Notes under the pieces: generated by a model
The model's input: the letters and a program-made list of their open reading frames with translations, nothing else
Databases searched by the model: none
Told to the model about the DNA's origin: nothing
Part shown: piece after piece, positions 18,622-26,919 of the stretch
How positions within the stretch are numbered: position 1 is the first letter of the stretch
Layout of the letters: every line of letters starts with the position of its first letter
Assembly (NCBI GenBank): GCA_017508405.1
Contig: JAFVYY010000020.1
Location: 529-64,528, forward strand
DNA length: 64,000 nucleotides
Direction of reading: 5' to 3'
Source: Clostridia bacterium
Lineage (GTDB): Bacteria; Bacillota; Clostridia; Oscillospirales; CAG-272
Position numbers and translations under genes: made by a program

Positions 18622-18711
18622 ATGAAGATAGTAATTGTTAAATCTCCAAGGCTACTAACACCTATTCTTTTGAGATTATTTAAAATTAAAACAAATAAAA
18701 ATCACCGCTGA
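18622..18711 (+). CDS. spoVM: Stage V sporulation protein M-like micropeptide (29 aa); below the ORF-track length cutoff
   Basis: ATG at 18622, with GAGG at 18612-18615 (6-nt spacing). It translates to MKIVIVKSPRLLTPILLRLFKIKTNKNHR. That aligns residue for residue with B. subtilis SpoVM as I remember it, MKFYTIKLPKFLGGIVRAMLGSFRKD (MK...K.P..L..I). It has the same genomic neighbourhood downstream of prkC/rsgA and is followed by a terminator. Confidence 0.7.
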   Translation: MKIVIVKSPRLLTPILLRLFKIKTNKNHR

Positions 18712-18728
18712 AAAACGGTGATTTTTTT
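18696..18728. terminator. Bidirectional rho-independent terminator
   Basis: ATCACCG (18701-18707) pairs with CGGTGAT (18716-18722). An A-run lies before it and TTTTTTT after. It sits between the convergent + strand block and the minus-strand gene ending at 18731. Confidence 0.8.
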
Positions 18729-18730
18729 CT

Positions 18731-19801
18731 TTAAATATTATCTATGTACCATTTGGGTGTGTCGCCAAAGCCTTCATAGATTACTTGCTCTATATCGTTT
18801 ATTGCGTGGTCTGCCATATCAAATATCCTTTTTGCAAATACCCTTGCCGTATTCTCGCTGTCAAGAAGAATATCATTATCGCAAAGGGAAGTGTGAATGC
18901 GGAAATTGTATCCCACTATTTCAAGCTCCGCAAAGGCAAGCCTTGTAAGAAGGGGACGGGTAATATCCACGCTAAAGGTATGATTATGCCCGTTGGTTTT
19001 CGTATATACCGTACCGTGAGCGGATTTTACACACGCGTATCCGTGGGCTTTTGCCTCCTTACTGAAAATTGCTTTCGGAGAAAAGCCTGATAGCGGTTCG
19101 GATTTTGCCATAATATATTCTTCGTCATTTTTTGCCGAAAGGTCATATGACTCAATAATATATCTGCTCTTAAGGTATGATGATATTTCCTTCTTTTTAT
19201 TTTCAAAATTTTCCTTTTGCTCGGCGGGAAAAATACAGAGAAGCTCTCTTTCGGTAGGCTTTCCAAGCTCGGCAAGAAAATCTTCAAAGCCGCAGGGATA
19301 CTCACGGATATCGCCTGTATCGGTGGTTCTGTCAATACTGACCCAAAGGGGGTTAAGCTTATTTCCGAAATCGAATTCCTTTTTCAGCCGTATATTGTTT
19401 CCGTAAAGCTCGGAAATATGCCCATCGTATACGTTTCCAAGCGTAGATTCCTTGTTTTCCCCGTACCAATCTATATTATCGAGAAATATATCTATAAATC
19501 CGAAATTTATTGGATTGGGTATTTTGGCAATCAGTCTGCAAAGCTCGCTCTCGTCCGCCTTATCTATATGAAAGCCTTCATTAGAGACACTACTGATAGC
19601 AGAACGGTAGGGAAGCGAGCGGTCGTACTTTTTAAGCGTTGGGAATGCTTTGAAGGCTTTTTCCGTTGTCCCCGTAAGCATGGAAAACACCATGCTTTTG
19701 TATGACCGGTCGTATTTATCTAAGAGATTATCAAGATATGATTTTGTTTCCTTGAACTTTATTTTGTTAAGGTTAAACCGTATTTTCTCAATTATTCTCA
19801 T
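18731..19801 (-). CDS. Hypothetical protein (356 aa), no family recognised
   Basis: A long ORF with non-repetitive composition. The ATG at 19801 (MRIIEKIRFNL) overlaps the upstream PHP gene stop by 14 nt. The track start at 19810 is a TTG. Neither start has an SD, which is consistent with translational coupling. Confidence 0.6.
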   Translation of the reverse strand: MRIIEKIRFNLNKIKFKETKSYLDNLLDKYDRSYKSMVFSMLTGTTEKAFKAFPTLKKYDRSLPYRSAISSVSNEGFHIDKADESELCRLIAKIPNPINFGFIDIFLDNIDWYGENKESTLGNVYDGHISELYGNNIRLKKEFDFGNKLNPLWVSIDRTTDTGDIREYPCGFEDFLAELGKPTERELLCIFPAEQKENFENKKKEISSYLKSRYIIESYDLSAKNDEEYIMAKSEPLSGFSPKAIFSKEAKAHGYACVKSAHGTVYTKTNGHNHTFSVDITRPLLTRLAFAELEIVGYNFRIHTSLCDNDILLDSENTARVFAKRIFDMADHAINDIEQVIYEGFGDTPKWYIDNI

Positions 19802-20468
19802 ATTCGCCAAGTCTTATAAGCGTGTAATTTCCACTTTTGATAATTTCAACAAGCTGTGTCATGCTTGTGATTTCGCATTCTGTCATAATTCCGGCATTTG
19901 TGGGAACGTCGGGGTAGTGGAAGTCTGTGCCTGATGTTTTGATAAGGTTGTATTTGTCAGCCCACATTTCAGCAATGTCATTGCGGGAGTCATGACCCTT
20001 GTGACCGTTGAATACCTCAACTCCGTCAATGTCGTGGGGTGCGTTTACAGTCATTCCGTTTCTGAAGGGATGAGCCTGTATGAGAAGATATCCCTTTTCC
20101 TGACATATCTTATGAAATTCCCATACCTTCATATTATAAATAAAAGGATGCTCGCGTAAGAATTCCTCATCAGGACCGAAAACGAGATAGTCGTTTGCAT
20201 TATGCTTGAAGCGAAGCTCCATTCCTAAAAGAATATTTAGCTTGCCCTCAGCGTGTGCTTTAAGCTTCTTGTATCCGCCGACAAAAGCATCAACAAGGCT
20301 ATCCCAGTCCGTTGCATGAAGATGATCATAGGTAAAATCTCCCAAATGGTTGGTAAGCACTATGGTTGAGTATCCGCCATCGATAAATCTTTTTGTTATA
20401 GTTTCAACGTCAACTCGTGCGCAAGCACTGACGTCATTTGAGTGACAGTGTAATTCGGTTTTAAACAT
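19788..20468 (-). CDS. PHP-domain metal-dependent phosphoesterase
   Basis: 226 aa. N-terminal ELHCHSNDVSACA (HxH), LTNH, QAHPFRNG and GTDFHYP are typical PHP metal ligand motifs. GGAGG RBS. Confidence 0.8.
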   Translation of the reverse strand: MFKTELHCHSNDVSACARVDVETITKRFIDGGYSTIVLTNHLGDFTYDHLHATDWDSLVDAFVGGYKKLKAHAEGKLNILLGMELRFKHNANDYLVFGPDEEFLREHPFIYNMKVWEFHKICQEKGYLLIQAHPFRNGMTVNAPHDIDGVEVFNGHKGHDSRNDIAEMWADKYNLIKTSGTDFHYPDVPTNAGIMTECEITSMTQLVEIIKSGNYTLIRLGEYENN

Positions 20469-20492
20469 TTGTAATCGCCTCCGTTCTATGAT

Positions 20493-20521
20493 ATTTTACA
20501 CCTATTTTAAAATTAAGTCAA
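20493..20521 (-). promoter_or_regulatory. Sigma-A-type promoter for the PHP / unknown gene pair
   Basis: On the minus strand: TTGACT (20521-20516), 17-nt spacer, TAAAAT (20498-20493). Confidence 0.55.
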
Positions 20522-20525
20522 GGAT

Positions 20526-21827
20526 TTACGTAATTGTTTCATAGATAAGAGGCTCTTTTTTAGGAGGCTCATCCGAATAGGCAAAGGCTTTGCTTAATTT
20601 TTCGGTAGCGGAGAGAAAAAGACTTTCGTCTGAAGAATAGAGAAGAGCCAACGGCTCGTTTTTCCTGACCAAGTGTCCGATTTTTACCTTTAACACAATT
20701 CCTGCGCCGAGGTCTATTTCATCATCCTTCGTTTTTCTTCCTGCTCCGAGAAGCATAGATGCTTCGCCGACTGTTTCGGCGCAAATTTTACTTATATACC
20801 CGTCACGTTCAGCTAAAAGCTCACGCTTATAGGGAGATACGGTAAGCCTCTCTTCATCATCTATAAGGGAAGAATCTCCGCCCTGCGCAGTTATCCATTC
20901 CTTCATTTTACAAAGCGCATTACCGCTTTCAACCGAGTTTACGCAAAGCTCTCTTGCGGTGCTTATATCAATTCCTAAGGATGCTGAAACCATATTTGCG
21001 GAAAGCTCTATGCAAAGAGTATACAAATCATTCTTTTTATAACCCTTTAAAATCTGTATAGCTTCCATTACCTCAAGGGAATTACCTATATTATATCCAA
21101 GAGGCTCATCCATATTCGTAATAAGTGCGCGAACGTTTTTGCCGAAGCCCTTACCGATTTCCACCATAGCTCTTGCAAGAGCTAATGAGTCATCCTTGCT
21201 TTTCATAAAGGCTCCGCTTCCCGTTTTAACGTCTAAAACAATGGTATCAGCGCCGGATGCCAGCTTTTTTGACATTATACTTGAAGCAATGAGAGGAATG
21301 GAATCAACCGTTGCCGTAACGTCACGAAGAGCGTACAGCTTTTTGTCGGCAGGAGCTAAATTACCGCTTTGGCCAACCACGCATATTCCATTTTCCTTAA
21401 CTACGGACAAAAACTCCGATGACGAAAGAGACGTTTTGTATCCGTCTATGGACTCAAGCTTATCAACAGTACCGCCTGTAAATCCTAAGCCTCTTCCGGA
21501 CATTTTTGCAATTTTTACACCGAGGGATGACACAATGGGGGCGACAATCAGGGTGGTTTTATCCCCGACTCCTCCTGTGCTGTGCTTGTCGGCACAAATT
21601 CCGTCAATGGAGGAAAGGTCGACAGTATCCCCCGATCGTAGCATAGCGTCGGTAAGGTAGAGAGTTTCATTTTTGTTCATTGAAGAAAAGCATATAGCCA
21701 TTAATAGAGCAGAAATTTGATAATCGGGAATATCCCCATTTGTATATCCGCGAACAAAGTAATCTATTTCCTCGCGGGTAAGCTCATTACCCATTCTTTT
21801 TTTATATATTATATCGTACATTCTCAT
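20526..21827 (-). CDS. pdp: Pyrimidine-nucleoside (thymidine) phosphorylase
   Basis: 433 aa. MRMYDIIYKKRMGNELTREEIDYFVRGYTNGDIPDYQISALLMAI, HSTGGVGDK and MSGRGLGFTGGT. Confidence 0.93.
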   Translation of the reverse strand: MRMYDIIYKKRMGNELTREEIDYFVRGYTNGDIPDYQISALLMAICFSSMNKNETLYLTDAMLRSGDTVDLSSIDGICADKHSTGGVGDKTTLIVAPIVSSLGVKIAKMSGRGLGFTGGTVDKLESIDGYKTSLSSSEFLSVVKENGICVVGQSGNLAPADKKLYALRDVTATVDSIPLIASSIMSKKLASGADTIVLDVKTGSGAFMKSKDDSLALARAMVEIGKGFGKNVRALITNMDEPLGYNIGNSLEVMEAIQILKGYKKNDLYTLCIELSANMVSASLGIDISTARELCVNSVESGNALCKMKEWITAQGGDSSLIDDEERLTVSPYKRELLAERDGYISKICAETVGEASMLLGAGRKTKDDEIDLGAGIVLKVKIGHLVRKNEPLALLYSSDESLFLSATEKLSKAFAYSDEPPKKEPLIYETIT

Positions 21828-21865
21828 ATAAATTTTTCTTTAAATAGCAGGAAGAGTGTCTGTAA

Positions 21866-22267
21866 TTAGAGATTCTTATTTGAAAACCCAAAGGGAAGAA
21901 GAGAAGAAAGCGTAAATGTATTCAACGCCCCCATTTCATCTGGAAGTATTATTTCAAAATCATCCGTACAATGCTCTGATAAAACCTGTCTGCATATACC
22001 ACAGGGATAGCAGGGTCCGTTTTGAGGGTCACTGACAATACAAATAGCGATAAAATCCCGTTGCCCCTCGCTTATTGCCTTTGAGATAGCAACCCTTTCT
22101 GCACATATCGTTGCGCCGTATGATGCGTTTTCTATATTGCATCCTGTATAGATGCTTCCGTCAGAGCAGAGTAGGGCTGCGCCAACCTTGAAGCCCGAAT
22201 AGGGCGCATAAGCTTTTTTTAAGACTTCCTTGGCTTTTTCTGCCAAAACGCTTTTGGGAGTGTCCAT
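21866..22267 (-). CDS. cdd: Cytidine deaminase
   Basis: Motifs CAERVAI and PCGICRQ. 133 aa. Confidence 0.93.
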   Translation of the reverse strand: MDTPKSVLAEKAKEVLKKAYAPYSGFKVGAALLCSDGSIYTGCNIENASYGATICAERVAISKAISEGQRDFIAICIVSDPQNGPCYPCGICRQVLSEHCTDDFEIILPDEMGALNTFTLSSLLPFGFSNKNL

Positions 22268-22269
22268 AT

Positions 22270-23463
22270 TTATACCTCCGTATTAAGTCGTGTAATTGCG
22301 TATGGGCTTAATATTTCATTCTTGAAGCTTTTGCCGTTTTTAAGAGCTATTGTACTGAAAAAATCGATAACGGTAGCGGAAATATCTGCAAATGTATCTC
22401 TTGTACCGAGATTTACCGGAACAATTCCTTTACCGTATATTAGGAGAGGAGTATATTCCCTTGTATGGTCTGTGCTTATATCACCGGGGTCACAGCCGTG
22501 GTCCGCAGTTATAATAAGCATATCATCATCACGAAGCTTAGATATAATTTCTGGAAGCCTTGAATCAAAATAGGAAAGAGCAGATGCGTAGCCGTCTATA
22601 TCGTTTCTGTGACCGTAGAGCATATCAAAGTCAACGAGATTTACAAAGCAAAGACCGTTAAATTCCTTGTCAAGTAATGAAAGGGTGATTTCAATACCCT
22701 CGTCGTTTGAATGGGACGGATGATGCTCCGTTATACCTCTTCCTACGAATATGTCGTTTATTTTTCCAACGGATATTACGTCATATCCGTTTTCTGATAT
22801 TAAATCAAGCATAGTTACGTCTGTGGGCTCAAGGGAAAAGTCACGCCTGTTTTCAGTTCTTACAAAGGGATATTCACCTTTAAACGGACGGGCAATAACT
22901 CTACCAACCCCATCCTTACCACAAAGAAGCTCTCTTGCAATTTTACAGTAGTCGTAAAGCTCTGAAACAGACACGATGCTCTCGTGGGCGGCTATCTGGA
23001 ATACGCTGTCGGCTGATGTGTAAACTATAAGCTTACCTGTTTTTAAATGCTCGTTTCCGTAATCCTTGATTACTTCAGTACCTGAGTAAGGCTTATTACA
23101 GAGTATTTTTCGTCCGCAAAGCTTAGAAAAGGAATCAAGAAGCTCCTGACTGAAGCCATTGGGATAGGTGGGCAAGGGATTTTCGGATACTATTCCGCTT
23201 ATCTCCCAGTGACCGATGGTAGTGTCCTTTCCTATGGATTTTTCCGCGCATCTGCCGAAAGCGGCCGAGGGAGTGTCTGTTTTTTCGATGCAAGAAACAC
23301 CGTCTATATTTCCAAGCCCCATTTTTATCATATTAGGAATATGGAATTTTTCGGATTTTTGTACGCTATTTAGAGTGTTTGCCCCTGCGTCACCGAAAAG
23401 AGAGGCATCGGGAAGCTCTCCAATTCCAAAGCTGTCAAGGACAATTAAAAATATTCTTCTCAT
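22270..23463 (-). CDS. deoB: Phosphopentomutase
   Basis: [28 protein letters not shown]. The ATG at 23463 forms an ATGA overlap with the deoD stop. The track start at 23478 lies inside deoD. Confidence 0.92.
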   Translation of the reverse strand: MRRIFLIVLDSFGIGELPDASLFGDAGANTLNSVQKSEKFHIPNMIKMGLGNIDGVSCIEKTDTPSAAFGRCAEKSIGKDTTIGHWEISGIVSENPLPTYPNGFSQELLDSFSKLCGRKILCNKPYSGTEVIKDYGNEHLKTGKLIVYTSADSVFQIAAHESIVSVSELYDYCKIARELLCGKDGVGRVIARPFKGEYPFVRTENRRDFSLEPTDVTMLDLISENGYDVISVGKINDIFVGRGITEHHPSHSNDEGIEITLSLLDKEFNGLCFVNLVDFDMLYGHRNDIDGYASALSYFDSRLPEIISKLRDDDMLIITADHGCDPGDISTDHTREYTPLLIYGKGIVPVNLGTRDTFADISATVIDFFSTIALKNGKSFKNEILSPYAITRLNTEV

Positions 23464-24185
23464 AGCTTTATTGCACACTCAAGGGCAAGTGTCATCATAT
23501 CGGTAAAGGTGGTTTGTCTTTCCTGTGCGGTGGTTGCTTCGCCTGTTACAAGGTGGTCGGACACGGTGCAAATCGCAAGAGCGTTTTTACCCAGTCTTGC
23601 AGCAGTCATATAGAGTCCTGCCGCCTCCATTTCCACAGCTAAAACTCCCATTTTAGCCCATTTTGGAGTGGCGCTTTCAACGGCGGTGTCGGCATAAAAA
23701 ACGTCGGAGGAGAGAATATTACCTACGTGAAAGCTTAAGCCCATTTTCTCCGCCTCGTCGCAGAAGGTCTTTAAAAGCCTGTATGATGCTATGGGAGAAA
23801 AGGTACCCGGTAGAGCAAACTGATTTGCAAAATTAGAGTCGGTGCAGGCTCCCATACCGATTACGATATCGCGGATTTTAACCTTTTCGCTGATTCCGCC
23901 TGCTGAGCCGACGCGGATAATGTTTTCAACTCCAAAAACAGAGTATAGCTCGTTTGCGTAAATGCCTATTGAGGGAATACCCATTCCGCTTGCCATTATG
24001 CTTATTTTTTTACCCTTGTACATACCCGTATATCCGTTTATTCCTCTAACAGAGTTTACCAGAACGGGATTTTCAAGGTATGTTTCTGCCATAAATTTAG
24101 CACGGAGCGGATCCCCCGGCATTAATACTGTCTTTGCAAAATCCTCGGGCTTTGCATTAATATGAGGAGTTGGATAATTTGTCAT
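23460..24185 (-). CDS. deoD: Purine nucleoside phosphorylase, DeoD type
   Basis: [41 protein letters not shown]. Confidence 0.93.
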   Translation of the reverse strand: MTNYPTPHINAKPEDFAKTVLMPGDPLRAKFMAETYLENPVLVNSVRGINGYTGMYKGKKISIMASGMGIPSIGIYANELYSVFGVENIIRVGSAGGISEKVKIRDIVIGMGACTDSNFANQFALPGTFSPIASYRLLKTFCDEAEKMGLSFHVGNILSSDVFYADTAVESATPKWAKMGVLAVEMEAAGLYMTAARLGKNALAICTVSDHLVTGEATTAQERQTTFTDMMTLALECAIKL

Positions 24186-24837
24186 TGCTATTCTCCTTTA
24201 CTATTTTTATTATTCTGCTTGTTCCGAGTCGGGAAGCACCGAGGCGTATAAATTCCTCTGCATCCTCTATGGATGAAATTCCGCCCGCCGCCTTGATTTT
24301 CACGTTTTCACTAACGTTCTCGGCGAAAAGCTTAATGTCATCAAATGTTGCTCCCCATTTAGAAAAGCCTGTTGATGTTTTTATAAAATCCGCGCCTGAT
24401 TTAGACACGATATCGCACATAATTATTTTTTCTTCTTCCGTAAGAAGACAGCATTCGATAATTACCTTAAGTATTTTATCTCCGCACACCTTTTTAAGAG
24501 AAGTAAGCTCGTCAAGAATTTTATCGTATTTTTTGTCTTTAAGGTCGCAAATATTAATAACGGTATCAATTTCGTCAGCTCCATCGTCTATATACTGCTT
24601 AGCCTCAAAGCACTTAACCTCTTTAGATGAGTATCCGTTTGGAAATCCAATAACCGTACATATCGTCATTTTACCGTTAACATACTCCTTAGCCGCCTTT
24701 ACAAAGGCTCCGGGAATACAAACGGAAGCGGTATTATATTTTATTGCATCATCGCAAAGAGAAAAAATTTCCGTATCCGTACAGTCCTGCTTTAAAAGAG
24801 TATGATCCACCTTTGATAAAATTTCCTTAATATCCAT
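24157..24837 (-). CDS. deoC: Deoxyribose-phosphate aldolase
   Basis: [36 protein letters not shown]. Its 3' end overlaps the deoD start by 29 nt. Confidence 0.92.
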   Translation of the reverse strand: MDIKEILSKVDHTLLKQDCTDTEIFSLCDDAIKYNTASVCIPGAFVKAAKEYVNGKMTICTVIGFPNGYSSKEVKCFEAKQYIDDGADEIDTVINICDLKDKKYDKILDELTSLKKVCGDKILKVIIECCLLTEEEKIIMCDIVSKSGADFIKTSTGFSKWGATFDDIKLFAENVSENVKIKAAGGISSIEDAEEFIRLGASRLGTSRIIKIVKENSNDKLSNSSY

Positions 24838-24865
24838 ATAAGCCTCCTTATATCTTCTTTATTTA

Positions 24866-24894
24866 ATATTATCATAATTAATATGAAAAATCAA
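24866..24894 (-). promoter_or_regulatory. Sigma-A-type promoter of the deoC-deoD-deoB-cdd-pdp operon
   Basis: On the minus strand: TTGATT (24894-24889), 17-nt spacer, TAATAT (24871-24866), preceded by TGa. Confidence 0.55.
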
Positions 24895-24955
24895 CAATAT
24901 TAACACTCCCTTGACTGTTTTTTCGAAAACGGAGGATTAAATTTTAAAATACACC

Positions 24956-24983
24956 TTGAAAAATCAATTTTCTGTGGTAAAAT
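24956..24983 (+). promoter_or_regulatory. Sigma-A-type promoter for the E2-like acyltransferase gene
   Basis: TTGAAA (24956-24961), 16-nt spacer, TAAAAT (24978-24983), with an extended -10 TG at 24975-24976. Confidence 0.5.
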
Positions 24984-25017
24984 AAACATACGGAGAAAAA
25001 GAAAGAGAGGTTTCAGT

Positions 25018-25995
25018 ATGAACGAAGAAAAAGTAGTTCTTGAAGCGAGTACAGAAGAAGCCCCCCTGACAAAAAAGCAAATAAAGGCTAAGAGGAAAGA
25101 AGAGAAGCAGGAATTAAAAAGGAAAAAGAAGGAAAGAAAGCTCCGTGAAAAGGACAAGTTCCGCAGAGTAAGGAAAATTGCTCCGTATAACCGTCTTATT
25201 CCCTACATTATGGAGACCCGTAACACCTCACAGAACTTTATATTCGATTCTATCAGTATGGAAAAGATAGATAAGTATATAAGGAAGAAGCAGGAAGAGG
25301 GTCTTACCAATCTTACGCTTATGCACGTTATTATCGCTGCATATTGCCGTGCCTGCTCACAACGCCCCGCTATTAACAGATTTATCCGCGGACAGAAGAT
25401 CTATACACGTAAAAAGGTAGAGGTAGCTCTTGTCGTTAAAAAGGAAATGTCACTTGAATCCCCCGATACGGTTATCAAGGTAATTCTCGATCCCGCATCC
25501 ACGATTGAGGACGTTTACAACGCTTTTAATGAGAAGATCGAGGGATACAGAAATCATCCTAACAGCGGCTTTGATAAGCTTGCTAAGGTTTTGAATTTCA
25601 TTCCCGGTATACTTCTTCGCTGGACTATCAGAGCTATAAGATTTTTTGATTATCTGGGACTTTTGCCGAGATGGCTTACAAAGCTCAGTCCTTTCCACGG
25701 CTCTCTGTTTATAACGTCTATGGGTTCGCTTGGTATTCCTCCTATTGTGCATCATTTGTATGATTTTGGTACTGTACCCGTATTTATTGCCTTTGGCTCA
25801 AAGCAAAGGGAATTCAAGGTCAGGGCGGATGGCAGTGTGTACAAGCACAGCTACGTTGATATAACCTACAACCTTGATGAAAGAATTTGCGACGGATATT
25901 ATTACGCTTCTGCGATGAAGGTTATCAGAGGCATTTATAAGAATCCCGAGGTTCTTGATAACCCTCCCGAAAAGGTAATAGAAGACATTCGCTGA
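25018..25995 (+). CDS. 2-oxoacid dehydrogenase E2 catalytic-domain-like (CAT-fold) acyltransferase family protein with a Lys/Glu-rich N-terminus
   Basis: 325 aa. Residues 17-50 are K/E/R-rich. The C-terminal region LDERICDGYYYASAMKVI occupies the position of the E2 DHRxxDG motif. The family assignment is from memory. Confidence 0.6.
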   Translation: MNEEKVVLEASTEEAPLTKKQIKAKRKEEKQELKRKKKERKLREKDKFRRVRKIAPYNRLIPYIMETRNTSQNFIFDSISMEKIDKYIRKKQEEGLTNLTLMHVIIAAYCRACSQRPAINRFIRGQKIYTRKKVEVALVVKKEMSLESPDTVIKVILDPASTIEDVYNAFNEKIEGYRNHPNSGFDKLAKVLNFIPGILLRWTIRAIRFFDYLGLLPRWLTKLSPFHGSLFITSMGSLGIPPIVHHLYDFGTVPVFIAFGSKQREFKVRADGSVYKHSYVDITYNLDERICDGYYYASAMKVIRGIYKNPEVLDNPPEKVIEDIR

Positions 25996-25996
25996 A

Positions 25997-26027
25997 TAAA
26001 AAAAGATGGGATATCCCATCTTTTTTT
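25997..26027. terminator. Bidirectional rho-independent terminator
   Basis: A perfect palindrome, AGATGGGAT/ATCCCATCT (26004-26021), flanked by an A-run and a T-run. Confidence 0.8.
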
Positions 26028-26034
26028 AATTTTG

Positions 26035-26565
26035 TTATTCTATTTCCGGAACGATTATTCCGTATCCGCCTGCGTTTCTCTTGTATACCACACAGGTTTC
26101 AAGGCTGTCAGCGTCCTTGAATACGTAGAAGGAATGACCGATAAGCTCCATTTGAAGTATAGCTTCCTCAACTGACATAGGCTTAAAGGAAAACGTCTTA
26201 ACTCGGATATTTGCGGTGAGGTCCTCTTCCTCAATGTCTGGGAAATCGTTTTCGGCTATCTCGAAGCCCTCCTCCTTGATCTTCTTCTGAAGTCTTGTTT
26301 TGTTCTTTCTTATCTGTCTTTCAAGTGCGTCTATAGCCTTGTCGATAGCGTTGGCGAATGTGTCTGAGCTTTCTTCTGCACGGAGCGTCGTGCCATCGGT
26401 GTAGATGGTGATTTCCACCTTTTCCGCATTTTTAGGCATTGAGAAGGTTATTTCCATTTCAGCATCATCGTGGAAAAATCTGTTGAATTTGGAAAGCTTT
26501 TTTTCAGCCATTTCCTTAACAACGTCAAATACCTTCATATGGCGTCCTACAAAATTCATCTTCAT
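26035..26565 (-). CDS. hpf: Ribosome hibernation promoting factor, long form
   Basis: MKMNFVGRHMKVFDVVKEMAEKKLSKF and C-terminal KPMSVEEAILQMELIGHSFYVFKDADS. I prefer the ATG at 26565. The track start at 26574 is the GTG of the GAGGTG Shine-Dalgarno. Confidence 0.9.
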   Translation of the reverse strand: MKMNFVGRHMKVFDVVKEMAEKKLSKFNRFFHDDAEMEITFSMPKNAEKVEITIYTDGTTLRAEESSDTFANAIDKAIDALERQIRKNKTRLQKKIKEEGFEIAENDFPDIEEEDLTANIRVKTFSFKPMSVEEAILQMELIGHSFYVFKDADSLETCVVYKRNAGGYGIIVPEIE

Positions 26566-26703
26566 ACTGTTCACCTCTTCTGATTATTCAAAGATCTCTC
26601 TTTGTAATACTATTGTAGCATACATTTTGATAAAAATAAATATAAAAATCTTAAAAAAATCTAAATTTTTGTGAAAAAGCACTAAAATTTGTGTGACTTT
26701 ATA

Positions 26704-26919
26704 TTAAAGAACAGAGAAGCCGAGCTTTTCGATAGCAGATTTTAAAATGTCGTTTTTAATTTCAGACTTTGAAATAACTGTAACTGTTTTTGCATCAAGG
26801 TCGACACTGACCTTTTTTACGTTTTCTGTTTTTCTTAGTGCCTCTGTTATACGTGCAACGCATTTTTGACAGTGCATACCGTCAACAGTAAGCTTTTGTT
26901 CGTATTTTTTGAAAATCAT
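26704..26919 (-). CDS. copZ: Copper chaperone (HMA domain)
   Basis: 71 aa with GMHCQKC. ATGA overlap with the copA stop. Confidence 0.88.
   Translation of the reverse strand: MIFKKYEQKLTVDGMHCQKCVARITEALRKTENVKKVSVDLDAKTVTVISKSEIKNDILKSAIEKLGFSVL

Noticed and set aside
18718-19090. Plus-strand ORFs 18718-18948 and 18785-19090
   Set aside because: They are antisense to the 356-aa minus-strand gene. One begins inside the terminator T-tract. They are Cys/Arg/Leu-rich shadow translations.
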